DNA of 64,000 nucleotides. It comes from an uncultured bacterium. GTDB lineage: Bacteria; DAOPZR01. Below, one piece after another: positions 1 to 10,268 of the stretch (its first letter is position 1; each line of letters starts with the position of its first letter). The notes under the pieces are model-generated. The model saw nothing but the letters and a program-made list of their open reading frames with translations. It did no database searches and had not been told where the DNA came from. The translations under genes and the position numbers were made by a program. The stretch covers positions 599 to 64,598 of the forward strand of contig CAZWUZ010000001.1 in the NCBI GenBank assembly GCA_964637655.1, written 5' to 3'.

Positions 1-1125
1 CAGTGATGCCAGGTGTCCGTGCGCCTCAGCGCAATTCTGATCAAGCGCCAGCACCCGCCTGAACATCGCTTCCGCCGCGGCAGTCTTGCCCCGCACCTCG
101 GAATCCATGGCTGCCCTGAGCAGCGCCGTAGCAGCCGGCGTTGCCGCTGTTGCCAGGCGCTGCCTGCACCCCTTGTCATACAGGTCCACCACCAGCTCGG
201 GCGCTGCCCCTGCCTTGACGGCTGCATCAAGCGCCTGCTCCGCAGGGGGAAACGTGCCGCGAACAAGGTAAATCTGCGCCAGCCCCAGATTCGTGAAACA
301 CGCAATGGTGTCGTCAGCAGCAGTCGCCTGCACCCGTTTCAGTTCAGCGACCAGTGTATCTGTCGGGTTGAGCCGGGCCTGGCTGTACAGCGCATGGGCA
401 AGCCCCCGGTTCGCTTCGACAGGGTCGGGCGCAACAGGTGCAGCCGCCGCGAACCGTGCCAACGCCTCCCTTGCCTCGCTGTTGTCGGGGTCATACCGCA
501 GGGCATTCCGATACGCCGCCGCCGCCGAATCCTTGTCCATGCAGTGTTCATGGACCTTGCCGAGCAGCAGGTGGAGCGACGTTTCATCCGGGTGACGGCG
601 CAGCGCCTTCTCACAGATGGCTATAGCACGAACCGGGAAATTTTCTTCGAATGCAACGGACGCCTTTTCCAGCGCAACAGCCACCTCGTCGGCCGCCGCC
701 GGCGGCGGAACGGCAGGCAGTGTATCCGCCGTGGCCACGGCAACAGAAGTGCGTTCCGCCCGGGTGTCTGACCGCCACCACCAGATACCGGCACCCGCCA
801 GCACCGCCAGCACGGCCGCAACCATGTACTGCCGTCCTCTCGCCCGTCCGCCCGGTGTCACAGACGGCAGCGCCTGCTCAGATTGCACCGGCAGTACGTT
901 CACCGGTGCCGGGGCAGGCGCAGGCGCGCTCTTCACCGGCGGTACGACCTCCGGCACGTCGTGCAGCTCCGCGCAATCGCCAAATGCGCTCCACTGTTCT
1001 TCACCTTCACGGCATACCTGCGTGGCAGGGGTGACACGCGCATCGCTGCGGAGCTGGTCCGCGCTGCACGGCCCCTGCACCGCGCTGCCGTCATACCAGT
1101 ACCATCGTATCCCGTTGTGCATCAT
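1..1125 (-). CDS. DUF4339 (GYF-like) / TPR-repeat protein, 5' portion; continues beyond window start
   Basis: Minus frame is open from the ATG at 1125 to position 1 (translated by hand). N-terminus MMHNGIRWYWYDGSAVQGPCSADQL resembles that of the next gene; a TM segment and TPR-like helices follow. The ATG overlaps the upstream stop (ATGA). Confidence 0.55.
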   Translation of the reverse strand, partial: MMHNGIRWYWYDGSAVQGPCSADQLRSDARVTPATQVCREGEEQWSAFGDCAELHDVPEVVPPVKSAPAPAPAPVNVLPVQSEQALPSVTPGGRARGRQYMVAAVLAVLAGAGIWWWRSDTRAERTSVAVATADTLPAVPPPAAADEVAVALEKASVAFEENFPVRAIAICEKALRRHPDETSLHLLLGKVHEHCMDKDSAAAAYRNALRYDPDNSEAREALARFAAAAPVAPDPVEANRGLAHALYSQARLNPTDTLVAELKRVQATAADDTIACFTNLGLAQIYLVRGTFPPAEQALDAAVKAGAAPELVVDLYDKGCRQRLATAATPAATALLRAAMDSEVRGKTAAAEAMFRRVLALDQNCAEAHGHLASL

Positions 1126-2585
1126 CGTCCTCCGAATATCTGCTGGTTACGCAGCAGCTGTTCTGCCCGGTTGTTCCACCGTTCGCGTGTTGGCTGATCG
1201 TTCGCAGCCCTGGCGGCGGCCCGACAGACAGTCACTGCCTGGGGTATCCTGGTCTGCTCCTCCAGGCAGTTGATATACAGTTCGATCACCTGCTGGTCAT
1301 CCGGGGTCGCGCGGTATTGCAGCTGCAGCCAGCGCTGCGCCTTCTCCTGGGCGCGGCGCCGTTCCTTGCGCTTCAACTGGTCGGACATTTCCCGGGCGCG
1401 TGACGACTCATCATACCGGCGCGCTTTGCTCGCCAGCTGGGACAGCAGTTCCCACGCCTCGGCACACTGACCGTTGCGCGAGATCACGCTGCGGCATTTA
1501 CTTTCCGCCTGCACCAGATTGTCACTCGTCATGAGCTCGCGCGCCTCCTGCAGCGTCTGGGCAAGGGCCGGAGTCAGGCCACTGCTGCGCGCACCGTAGC
1601 TGAGGTAATGCCCGAATATCTGCACTGCTGGAATACCCGCCTTGTGTGCTACGACAAATGCCTCAGCCGCCTCAGCCTCCCGGCCAAGCGCCAGGTACAG
1701 GTTGCCCAGTGCCTCGTTGCCTGAAGTTCTGATGTGTTCATCGTCGGTTGCAGCAAGCAGCGCCTTCAGCGCCGCCGCCGTGCTGTCGCCCGGCTGTTCC
1801 CGTGCCTGTGCGATAATCGCGTGCGCACGCGCCATCATGGCACTGTAGTCATCGACGGGTGCTTCCTGGTTTTCCGTGCTCGGTGCAAGTCGTTCGATCG
1901 CCTCCAGCACCTGTTCGTTATCAGGTTCGATGAGCAGCGCATTCCGGTAGTTCCTGAGAGCCGCCTCGCTGTTACCCAGCCGCTCGAGGCCACGCGCCAG
2001 CAGCACATGCGCCTCCGTCATGTGCGGATACTGTTTGATGAGCTGCCGGCATATCGCTGTCGTTTTCGTCGGATAGCGTTCGAGCGCATTCTCCGCCTGC
2101 AGCAGTTGCCGTTGTGCCGCCGCCCGGGTGTCGCCTGCGGCCGCCCCCCTGTCTGCCGCCTGTTCCGCCGGCGCCTCTGCCACGGCCGTTGCCGTCGCCT
2201 GCCGCGTGCTGTTCCAGTACCACCAGCCGCCACCGGCCGCAAACACCGCCAGCAGCGCCGCTCCGGCAGTTTTCCTGCCGATCTGCGCTGCCGCGGGCCG
2301 GGCTGCAGGAACAACCTCATTGCGAACCGTCACAACCCGCACCGGTTCGGGTTTCGTTACCGGCTGCGGCTCCGGTTCGGGCGCCGGTTGTGGCGGCGCT
2401 GGTGCGGGCTCCGGTGGCGCCTGCAGTTCGGCACACGCGCCAAATGCCGTCCACACCTCTTCCCCGGCCGCGCAAACCTGCGTCTCCACCGTCAGCAGCG
2501 GTTCCTGCCGCAGCTGTTCTGCCGTGCACGGCCCCTGCACCGCGCTGCCGTCATACCAGTACCAGAGTTTATCCGCTTCCGTCAT
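1122..2585 (-). CDS. DUF4339 (GYF-like) N-terminal domain, Pro-rich linker, TM segment, TPR repeats
   Basis: 487-aa ORF. WYWYDGSAVQGPCTAEQL motif, PEPAPAPPQPAPEPEP linker, hydrophobic segment, then repeated TPR-like helices. RBS GGAGGTGAGG sits upstream. Confidence 0.65.
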   Translation of the reverse strand: MTEADKLWYWYDGSAVQGPCTAEQLRQEPLLTVETQVCAAGEEVWTAFGACAELQAPPEPAPAPPQPAPEPEPQPVTKPEPVRVVTVRNEVVPAARPAAAQIGRKTAGAALLAVFAAGGGWWYWNSTRQATATAVAEAPAEQAADRGAAAGDTRAAAQRQLLQAENALERYPTKTTAICRQLIKQYPHMTEAHVLLARGLERLGNSEAALRNYRNALLIEPDNEQVLEAIERLAPSTENQEAPVDDYSAMMARAHAIIAQAREQPGDSTAAALKALLAATDDEHIRTSGNEALGNLYLALGREAEAAEAFVVAHKAGIPAVQIFGHYLSYGARSSGLTPALAQTLQEARELMTSDNLVQAESKCRSVISRNGQCAEAWELLSQLASKARRYDESSRAREMSDQLKRKERRRAQEKAQRWLQLQYRATPDDQQVIELYINCLEEQTRIPQAVTVCRAAARAANDQPTRERWNNRAEQLLRNQQIFGGR

Positions 2586-2625
2586 GATTCCTCACCTCCG
2601 CGTAGCGTTCGCGCATCGCTGTTTG

Positions 2626-2880
2626 CTACCTGAACAGAACATACATGCAGTCACCTGCTTCCTGCCACAAGGCAGGATGTGCTGTCATAATCAGCATGAG
2701 TATCAGCAGCAGAGCAATAACTGACAGCATGCTCCGCATGACAAATACATAGTCGCGCCTTTCCGCAGCGGACATCCTGAGATACCTGAACAGTGTATTG
2801 TTATCGATGTGCCGTATGCCGTATCCCATGAGCGGAACTATCACGAACACCGCCGCCCACGCCATGATTGTATCGCTCAT
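2626..2880 (-). CDS. small membrane protein (84 aa)
   Basis: Two hydrophobic helices; 4-nt overlap with the upstream gene. Confidence 0.4.
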   Translation of the reverse strand: MSDTIMAWAAVFVIVPLMGYGIRHIDNNTLFRYLRMSAAERRDYVFVMRSMLSVIALLLILMLIMTAHPALWQEAGDCMYVLFR

Positions 2881-3386
2881 GGTATTTCTACAATCCCCGC
2901 GCGATGCAGTACTGCCGCCGACAGCAGGGCCAGCATGACGGTCAGTACAAGCGTGGTCATCAGCACCCGCGTCCAGAAACGGAGTTCACCCGGCTCCCAG
3001 CCGCACAGATGGTACCAGTAATTCGCGCTGCGCGGCGGCCAATACTCCGCGCCGTACACCGTAAACAGCAGTACCACGGCACTGAAGCAAAACAGCAGGC
3101 ATGCCGGCCGATACTGCGGATAGAATCGTGCGATGCCCATAAATGCAAGCGCCAGCAGACAGCCCCCGAAGAACACCCGCCATGGCACCCCCCGTGTCTT
3201 CATACAATTGGCGAGCATGACCATATGCCAGGCCAGCGCATAGGCAAGCGGCAGCAGCACGGCGATGCCCAGCGCCTGCCACCATGCGGCGCGAATGATG
3301 AGCACCGTAATGCCGGCATACGCCAGCAGCATGCTGACAGCGATTCGTCGCGGCGGCAGTTCGGGGAGCAGTTCACGCCATCGCAT
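2877..3386 (-). CDS. polytopic membrane protein (ORF extends to 3476; likely start near 3386)
   Basis: Hydrophobic helices throughout. An internal Met at 3386 gives an ATGA overlap with the upstream stop at 3389. Confidence 0.45.
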   Translation of the reverse strand: MRWRELLPELPPRRIAVSMLLAYAGITVLIIRAAWWQALGIAVLLPLAYALAWHMVMLANCMKTRGVPWRVFFGGCLLALAFMGIARFYPQYRPACLLFCFSAVVLLFTVYGAEYWPPRSANYWYHLCGWEPGELRFWTRVLMTTLVLTVMLALLSAAVLHRAGIVEIP

Positions 3387-3388
3387 CG

Positions 3389-4138
3389 TCAGGTTTCCGT
3401 CCTGTCTGCCAGCATCCTCTTCTGCTGCCATCCCTGCCGGAACACAAACACGCCCACGATGAGTACAACTGTGCACACTGCCAGTGTCATCCAGGGGGAA
3501 TCCTTCTCATGCGGCGTGATGTCGCGGATCACCGATTCGTTACCGCGCACTGCCACCTCCACCGGTCGGCCAGGACGCAGCGTGGCTGTCCACTCGCTGG
3601 CACGCGTGGTCATCACTGCCACCTGCTGCCCTGCGGCATCAGGATACGAATACCATATCCGTGCGACAGAGTCCCGCGTGCGTTGCTCCGGCTGCTGGAT
3701 ATGCTCGATGCGACCGCTTACTGATGTTCCCTCACTGAGCAGCCGCTCATAATCGACCGGATGATAATTACGCAGCTGCGCGACGGCTATCGCCATGCCG
3801 AACAGCGCGAAAATAATGAAATAGACGCCTCCTGCCATCTGCAGACCCGGCCGCGGCCGTTGTGCATTTGCATGCAGCGTGCGAAACGGCTCGCGTTTCA
3901 GCAGGAAATCCTGAATGCGACGATGGAAGAGCAATGACAGCACGATAGCCGAGATCATTACTGCCGGAACCCCGTAATAGAGCCCGCAGAAAACCGCTTC
4001 CGGCCAGACAACAAAGGCAACAAACAGCAGCATCATGCCTGCCTGCAGCACGACAAAGCCGATTGCCATCCATTTGAGCAGGACCAGCCTCTGCCGCTTT
4101 ACTTCCGCCTTGTCCGGGCGTTCCGGTATGCTGTTCAT
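3389..4138 (-). CDS. membrane protein (ORF to 4228; probable start 4138)
   Basis: Three TM segments followed by a soluble C-terminal domain; Met start just after the upstream stop. Confidence 0.45.
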   Translation of the reverse strand: MNSIPERPDKAEVKRQRLVLLKWMAIGFVVLQAGMMLLFVAFVVWPEAVFCGLYYGVPAVMISAIVLSLLFHRRIQDFLLKREPFRTLHANAQRPRPGLQMAGGVYFIIFALFGMAIAVAQLRNYHPVDYERLLSEGTSVSGRIEHIQQPEQRTRDSVARIWYSYPDAAGQQVAVMTTRASEWTATLRPGRPVEVAVRGNESVIRDITPHEKDSPWMTLAVCTVVLIVGVFVFRQGWQQKRMLADRTET

Positions 4139-4160
4139 CTTTCCCCTTGCCTGCCGACCG

Positions 4161-5408
4161 TCATGACAGCCATATGCCGCTCTTCTCGAGATGCCACGTG
4201 CCGTTGCTGTACCAAACCTGAATAACATCTCCGTTGCCGTTGAGCGGCCCTCTGATTTCTCCAGTCATTACGTGAAACGATTGTTCGTATTCCAACCAAT
4301 TGTCCACTACCGAGAAGGTGAATATGCCTTCATTGTCATCTGGCAGGAAGTATCTCGTATGGCCGACTGAATGCGCTGCCTCTCTGGCAGGTTCCCTTTC
4401 AAGCGAAAGGATGCGATGATCGATATCCTGGCGACGCCAGAGCATCCCGCATATCATCGCCACGGTATCCTCATTGATACCGTCATATACCCGGATATGC
4501 ACTTCGTCATTGACCAGCATGGTAGTGCACAGGCGCTGCCGCTCAATAATCTTGCCATCCGTATCCTGCGTACCGATAGTTTCCATTTCAGTGCCGATAG
4601 TAACAACACTATCGACTTGCCTGCCAAGATAGATTGCCTGCGGGTGGTACGGTATCTCGACTCGCGGTCCGCTACTCTGCGACATTGGCGCCTGCCGCAT
4701 CAGCCAGTATGCGCCCAGCAGCGGAACCGCGACGGCTATGATGATGATCACTCGCGGCATGCGTGTTACTGCAGGCGCCTCTGTTGTCTCCGTCAGGTCA
4801 GCGCCGCACTGCTGACAGGCAATGGCCTCTGCTGCTACTGTCGCGCCGCAGGCATCACATTCATATTCGTTCGTCGTAATCGCGGATTCCGCTACCTGTA
4901 TCGCCACCGGTGCGTCGATCATTTCGGGTGGGGTGCGCCGCCACGGCAGTACGAGCAGGGCAAGTCCTGCCAAAGCCATGAAGATGCCTTGCCATCCCTG
5001 CCCGTACGCCATCCACCAGATACGCTGGATTCCCGGCGAGAAATACTGTGCCTGCATTGCCAGCGGTGCATACTGGTCAGCCATCAGGATGTAGGTCCAT
5101 GGTGTGCTGATAAGCGAAGGAAGAAAGACGATCAGCAGCGCCACGCCCAGCAGGCGCTGCATATTCTCGCGCAACGCCGCGGCGGGCGGCATCGTTGCCG
5201 GCGGGGCAAACCGCCCGAGGAAGCGCGTCAGCACCAGCAGCACCAGCGCATAGACAACAAGAATTCCCACCATGCCGAACATGGTAGCGTATACATCCCA
5301 CGTGGCGCCGCAGCCCAGCGGGACTGCGAGCGGCGGCAGTGAGAGTATCAGCATCGTGAGGACAAGAAACCGCCCCCCGAGCACCACCACCGGCACCCGC
5401 ACGCTCAT
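4161..5408 (-). CDS. polytopic membrane protein with internal zinc ribbon (CDACG...CQQCG)
   Basis: ORF 4161..5618. Internal start MSVRV at 5408 abuts the stop of the upstream gene. Four-cysteine ribbon ECDACGATVAAEAIACQQCGADL. Confidence 0.5.
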   Translation of the reverse strand: MSVRVPVVVLGGRFLVLTMLILSLPPLAVPLGCGATWDVYATMFGMVGILVVYALVLLVLTRFLGRFAPPATMPPAAALRENMQRLLGVALLIVFLPSLISTPWTYILMADQYAPLAMQAQYFSPGIQRIWWMAYGQGWQGIFMALAGLALLVLPWRRTPPEMIDAPVAIQVAESAITTNEYECDACGATVAAEAIACQQCGADLTETTEAPAVTRMPRVIIIIAVAVPLLGAYWLMRQAPMSQSSGPRVEIPYHPQAIYLGRQVDSVVTIGTEMETIGTQDTDGKIIERQRLCTTMLVNDEVHIRVYDGINEDTVAMICGMLWRRQDIDHRILSLEREPAREAAHSVGHTRYFLPDDNEGIFTFSVVDNWLEYEQSFHVMTGEIRGPLNGNGDVIQVWYSNGTWHLEKSGIWLS

Positions 5409-5935
5409 ACGGCTGCCGTGCGGCGGATGACGTTCTCCGCCAGGTAGCGCGCGCCTGCCAGCAGCAGCAGGCCCAGCACCGCATAGACAAGGATTTCCGG
5501 TTGTGACACCACAACCGCATTCACAATCGTTGTCCCGCTGCCGTTGAGGCGCCCTTCTTCCGCCATCTTCTGCCAGTGCTCGTATGCCGCAGGCGCCAGC
5601 AGCAGCATGCGCGCCCACATGACAATGCCGAGCAGTTTCAGCGCCGCCTCGCTCCAGGCAGTAAGCGTGTCGGCATTCCCCTGCAGCGGTTCATGCACCC
5701 CGCACCAGCGGACGATGGTCTTCACCTGCCAGAGTAGCAGTCCGCCAACCAGCAATTCTGCCAGCGCCTGCGCCAGCATGATGCTCACCGTGCTGCTCTG
5801 GGCGCCCACCGAATCGCAGGCGGGATGCAGCCATACGATGCCACTGGCAAGCAGTCGCGCCCCCCCGGAGAGCAGTGAATAGAGCGCCAGCAATCGCACC
5901 CCGATATGAAACAGCAGTTCACGTGTCATGGACAA
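5405..5935 (-). CDS. membrane protein (176 aa)
   Basis: Four or five hydrophobic helices; tightly packed in the operon. Confidence 0.45.
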   Translation of the reverse strand: MSMTRELLFHIGVRLLALYSLLSGGARLLASGIVWLHPACDSVGAQSSTVSIMLAQALAELLVGGLLLWQVKTIVRWCGVHEPLQGNADTLTAWSEAALKLLGIVMWARMLLLAPAAYEHWQKMAEEGRLNGSGTTIVNAVVVSQPEILVYAVLGLLLLAGARYLAENVIRRTAAV

Positions 5936-5939
5936 CTCC

Positions 5940-6833
5940 TTAGTGCCGCGTACGCTGGCGTCTCAGCCCGCGGATTATGATAACAACAGCAAGCATTCCG
6001 AAAACCAGCCCCGCGATGAAAGCGGGGTTCATCGTCTCGCTTTGCGCATTCCCGGCAGGCACATGGCTCGCCATGCCCATCCGTGCCCCGGAAGTATCCG
6101 TGCTCAGCCGCAGCGGCGTATCTGTCGGCGTGCTCATTGCTGCCGCCAGCCCTGCTTCGTCCATTCTGCCGTCAGCGGCTTCATTGCTCAGTTTCGCGTA
6201 GGTCATGAGGCGGTTGAAAAGCACATCGTCTGTCGGACGTTCGACCGGGGTGTCCTTCCCCGGTTCATGGTTGGACCAGTTGTAGTTCCCGTATCGCTGG
6301 CTGTTGAGTGCCTCTATCTGCGCGCTCGTGTAGTGCGCCTGCTCCATCAGCACGCCGCGAACAAACCGCATAAGCACAATGTCCGTATCAGTAACAAACA
6401 CCGACAATACGCCGCTGAACCAATCGGCGAATATCCGGCCATTCTGCATCTTATCCCGCAGCACTTCCGGGCAGTCGATTTCTTTCTGGTCCTGCCATGG
6501 GTTGTCGCTGTCGTAATCAGGCACCGCCAGTTTCACCAGATACAGTTCACCATTATCCACTACCCAGGTGGCAACATGCCCGCGATAGCACGCAGTGCTC
6601 CAGGTAATATTCCCATCATACTGCGGCCGCGGCACAGCAGGGTTGAGGCGGAAATAGAGTTGCAGCACCGCCTGCGAGTACCAGTCGGTCCCGATGGCAC
6701 ACTCCTTGCCCTGATAGATGAGTCGGTCCGGAATCTGGTCTGTTGCCTGTGCCGGAACTGCCAGCAGCAGGAGCATCGCCAGCAGCGCCGGGATGTAGCG
6801 TATGCTACGCCGTATCGTCATGTGCATGGCCAT
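5940..6833 (-). CDS. secreted protein with C-terminal TM anchor (ORF to 7013; signal-peptide start near 6833)
   Basis: Internal MAMHMTIRRSIRYIPALLAMLLLLAVPAQA looks like a signal peptide. C-terminal hydrophobic stretch followed by RGLRRQRTRH. Confidence 0.5.
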   Translation of the reverse strand: MAMHMTIRRSIRYIPALLAMLLLLAVPAQATDQIPDRLIYQGKECAIGTDWYSQAVLQLYFRLNPAVPRPQYDGNITWSTACYRGHVATWVVDNGELYLVKLAVPDYDSDNPWQDQKEIDCPEVLRDKMQNGRIFADWFSGVLSVFVTDTDIVLMRFVRGVLMEQAHYTSAQIEALNSQRYGNYNWSNHEPGKDTPVERPTDDVLFNRLMTYAKLSNEAADGRMDEAGLAAAMSTPTDTPLRLSTDTSGARMGMASHVPAGNAQSETMNPAFIAGLVFGMLAVVIIIRGLRRQRTRH

Positions 6834-6838
6834 GGCTT

Positions 6839-8113
6839 TCAGAATATCACCGCATCGGGTTCCACGAACGTCAGTACCGTCAGGCAGACCGCGCGCAACA
6901 GCAGATGCAGCGGGTAGAGCAGTTTCATGCTCAGCCGGGTCGCTGCCAGGTAACTTTCCGAGCGTGCCCGCACGATGTTCGAGCGCAGCAGCATCGTGTG
7001 CTTCGACGCGCACCCCTCGCCATGCTGCTCCGAGTCGCGATACAGCAGGAGCACGCGTCCATCCCGCAGCGGGAACATCCGGTCCGGTCGGTCACTCTGC
7101 AACTGGTAGCCAGCCACTTTACCAGTGCGGGCATCAACCAGGCCCAGCGCCGGGAAACCGCTGACATACGCATCGCCGAGTATGCCCATGCTCGCAATGA
7201 ACCGGTTTCCGCACGGCTCCGCCATATGCACCCGGTCGGCAATCGTGTCGAACGTTGCGTCAGCCCGGTGAAACACAAGATCCGCCCGCTCGCTCATATC
7301 CGCACCCGCATTGCGCATGACCAGATGTGTGTGTGTCGCGGTGATAATGCGCCAGTCAGGAATACGCCAGTCGCCGCTGTCCGGCACCTGCGTCAGCAGT
7401 ACATCCATACCGGCAGCACCGCGGTACTCGCCAATCGTCACCCGGTGCGACACTGTTTCCTGCGTCACCTGATACACAAACCGTTCCGTACCCGCTACTG
7501 GGCAGAGTTCATCAATCCTGCCGCTTTCCTGCACCAGCAGTTGCGGCATTGCCTGCCGCCACGGTCGTGTCAGCTGAAGTTGATAGATTGCAGTGCCATA
7601 GGCATAGCAGAGCGTATCCCCCGACCATACCGCCAGTGACGCATACCCAAGCCCTTTGCACGCCAACGGCAGGGAGAGCACGAGTGAATCGTTAGCCAGG
7701 TCGTACACCGCAAGAAAGCCCGTCTCGGAATGAACGCTGTTCACCCATCCGTACTCGCGGCCAATAGCCACAAGATAATCGTTATGCAGCATGGATTGCG
7801 TTTCTATCCGGTTCCCCGGTGCGCACTCTCGCAGGCGGCGGGCTTTGGTATAGGTCACATTCTCCTCGCCGCGCGCAAATACCTGTATCGTGCCATCAGT
7901 CATGGTGATGACAAAGCGATCTATCGCCTCGTCGTAGTTCGCCTCATCCATGTTTGCTTCGGGCTCATTGCTGAAACGCGTGCGGTATTCGCTCCCCACG
8001 GCGATGGTATTCCACGGAAGCGCCAACCCCACCGCCAGCATGCCCGCTGCCAGCAGACAGAGCAGCAGCAGTTGCGGCCAGTAGCGCCGGATGAACTGGC
8101 CGGCCCTGTTCAT
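6839..8113 (-). CDS. N-terminally anchored protein, possibly beta-propeller-like
   Basis: 442-aa ORF. TM segment after MNRAGQFIRRYWPQLLLLCLLAAG; ATGA overlap with the upstream gene. Confidence 0.45.
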   Translation of the reverse strand: MNRAGQFIRRYWPQLLLLCLLAAGMLAVGLALPWNTIAVGSEYRTRFSNEPEANMDEANYDEAIDRFVITMTDGTIQVFARGEENVTYTKARRLRECAPGNRIETQSMLHNDYLVAIGREYGWVNSVHSETGFLAVYDLANDSLVLSLPLACKGLGYASLAVWSGDTLCYAYGTAIYQLQLTRPWRQAMPQLLVQESGRIDELCPVAGTERFVYQVTQETVSHRVTIGEYRGAAGMDVLLTQVPDSGDWRIPDWRIITATHTHLVMRNAGADMSERADLVFHRADATFDTIADRVHMAEPCGNRFIASMGILGDAYVSGFPALGLVDARTGKVAGYQLQSDRPDRMFPLRDGRVLLLYRDSEQHGEGCASKHTMLLRSNIVRARSESYLAATRLSMKLLYPLHLLLRAVCLTVLTFVEPDAVIF

Positions 8114-8781
8114 ACCATTTTCCCAGTCCGCGCAAAGAGCAGCGACTTGAGCAGCCCGACGAGCCATTGCGCCTCGGCCTCTGACACGTACTCCGCCATC
8201 GTTGCCGTTTTCGCTCCATAACAGATAGTCACCACGCCGTCACCGGCATAGCCGGCATTTCCCGTCTGTCGGGCAACCTGCTGCAGTTTGATGGCGCTGA
8301 TCTCCGCTACGGGAATCTCCAGATGCCGGCGCCGCACTATACTCCGCCGGGTGAGGCGCAAACAGTCGCGTTCGATGCGAAGTTCCTGCCGCTCCGTTGC
8401 CTTCGTCAGTATGCCGTACCACATGCCAATGCCGACAAACCAGAAGATGGTTGAGAATGAGGCAAACAGGATACTCGCATGTGCTGCCATGAAGGTCCAG
8501 AAGGCGATAAAGACCGTCCACGTCGTGGCGAACAGAATCAGAAAGGTGTCACCCCAGCCCATGCCCTGCCGCGGCACGGTGATGACGCCGCCGCTCACGC
8601 CTTCCGGCGCAAAGCGCAAGGTGCTCCCCGCCGGCGGCGTGGTCCCGACCGGCTCGGCTGCCGCGACCAGCGCGCTCGCGCGGTGCAGTTCATTGCAGCG
8701 CGTGCATTTCGCCAGGTCGGTCGCCACGTTCACGTTGTCCGCCGTGATCGGTTCCCGGCATGCCGGGCAGAGCAGTTTCAT
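8110..8781 (-). CDS. zinc-ribbon (CPAC...CTRC), TM segments, C-terminal domain
   Basis: MKLLCPACREPITADNVNVATDLAKCTRCNELH, then 3 TM helices and a charged C-terminal domain. Confidence 0.5.
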   Translation of the reverse strand: MKLLCPACREPITADNVNVATDLAKCTRCNELHRASALVAAAEPVGTTPPAGSTLRFAPEGVSGGVITVPRQGMGWGDTFLILFATTWTVFIAFWTFMAAHASILFASFSTIFWFVGIGMWYGILTKATERQELRIERDCLRLTRRSIVRRRHLEIPVAEISAIKLQQVARQTGNAGYAGDGVVTICYGAKTATMAEYVSEAEAQWLVGLLKSLLFARTGKMV

Positions 8782-8797
8782 TGATATGCCTCCTGCT

Positions 8798-9730
8798 TCA
8801 CGGGACTACCTGCCCGGCCAGTTGTCCGGCCCGAAAACGGCGAACCTTGCGGGTCAGCCAGAAATCAAGTACGCCAAGCGCCACAACATTCAGTACCACC
8901 AGGCCAACACAGCCGAGCAATCCGGTCATCAGCAGTGAGATAAATCCTGTCAATCCTGCGCCCATAATGAAGAATCCGACTACAAAAGCAACAATTGCGA
9001 TGCCGCCAATGAAAATGATATTCGCCACAATCCAGCCACCAGCAAGATACAGGATGAATGCTCCCGAAAAACATCCGGAGCAGAGCGACCGGATAATCCT
9101 GATGAGCAGCACCAGTCCTGCCAGTGCGATGAGGCCGGCAACAGCGAACAGGGAATACCGTTTCCATGCCGGCCACGGCCGCGTGATTTCTGATTCTGCT
9201 GCCGGAATCGTCTCCGTCAGGGTCGGCGGGTCAATCACTGACGGTTTGCGCCGCTGCCGCTCCCATTCCTTCCGGAGTTGCTGATAGAACTGACGCGCAG
9301 CACCCTCCGTGCCGCCGATATAGACCACTTTCGTAACACTCAATGCGCACCTGACACGTATCTGATGCGCCTCACTCATCTCGGCGGCCGGGACGAAATC
9401 AAGCGCGTAGATCGCCGGATAGGAGGCGTACCATTTTTCCGGGTCACGCTCGCCGCGCCAGTAGGTGGCAAGTCGCTGGTCGGTGAAAAAGGTGCCGCCG
9501 ACTTCGAAACTCGCATTATTGGCTATCAGGATGACCTGCTCGTTATCGCCCAGCAACCCCTGCCCCTGCAGGAACGCGCGTTCATCCGTCGACAGTTCAC
9601 TCCCTGCCTGCGGTGTCCCGCAACCGGCCAGCAGCATGATGACAAGGCATCCGGCAACCAGCACATGCCATGCGGTTTTGGCCGTCCTCACACCAGCACC
9701 CGTTCTGCAAACCACCGTATGTGTCCTCAT
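8798..9730 (-). CDS. lipoprotein with C-terminal polytopic region
   Basis: Lipobox-like LLAGCG after the signal sequence; 4 C-terminal TM helices. Confidence 0.5.
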   Translation of the reverse strand: MRTHTVVCRTGAGVRTAKTAWHVLVAGCLVIMLLAGCGTPQAGSELSTDERAFLQGQGLLGDNEQVILIANNASFEVGGTFFTDQRLATYWRGERDPEKWYASYPAIYALDFVPAAEMSEAHQIRVRCALSVTKVVYIGGTEGAARQFYQQLRKEWERQRRKPSVIDPPTLTETIPAAESEITRPWPAWKRYSLFAVAGLIALAGLVLLIRIIRSLCSGCFSGAFILYLAGGWIVANIIFIGGIAIVAFVVGFFIMGAGLTGFISLLMTGLLGCVGLVVLNVVALGVLDFWLTRKVRRFRAGQLAGQVVP

Positions 9731-10266
9731 GGTGCATCATTGCTACGCCGACTGAAGAGTTTCCTGATGCCCAGTACAGCATAGATGCAAACTATCCACT
9801 GCCACAGCGAGAGAATGAGGTAGGTCAGCCCGGCAAGAATAATCGTTTTCATCCCGGCGCCGGAGTAGCCCTTGACCGTTCGCGGCATGATATCTGAGGG
9901 TGACGCCGATTCCGCAGCCGCTGCCAGTTGCACGTCTTCCGGCGCTACCTTGAGCAATGCGACTGCGCTCTCAGCGCGATCCTCGCGCACGCGCAGGATT
10001 TTGTTGCGCCCGCCCCAGGCATAATTGAGCGCATTATCCGGCGTGTCGGTCAGTATGCTCTCGATGCCCGCCTCCGCCAACAGTCCGCGCGCCAGTTCCG
10101 CTTCCGGCTGTATATTGTACTCCGCGATGGCTACCGTCTCGAGATACGTCTCGGGCGTTGGCGGCGGACTCCAGGCAAATACCGCCCCGCATTGCGGACA
10201 GGTCATGTCGTCCGGCGCAATGGGGGTCTCGCATACCGCGCAGGGCAGCGTCGTTGTTCGCCGCAT
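9727..10266 (-). CDS. zinc ribbon, DUF2007-like domain, C-terminal TM protein
   Basis: CAVCETPIAPDDMTCPQCG ribbon. The ETVAIAEYNIQPEAELARGLLAEAGIESILTD segment resembles DUF2007. ORF extends to 10341; likely start at 10266. Confidence 0.5.
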   Translation of the reverse strand: MRRTTTLPCAVCETPIAPDDMTCPQCGAVFAWSPPPTPETYLETVAIAEYNIQPEAELARGLLAEAGIESILTDTPDNALNYAWGGRNKILRVREDRAESAVALLKVAPEDVQLAAAAESASPSDIMPRTVKGYSGAGMKTIILAGLTYLILSLWQWIVCIYAVLGIRKLFSRRSNDAP

Positions 10267-10268
10267 GG

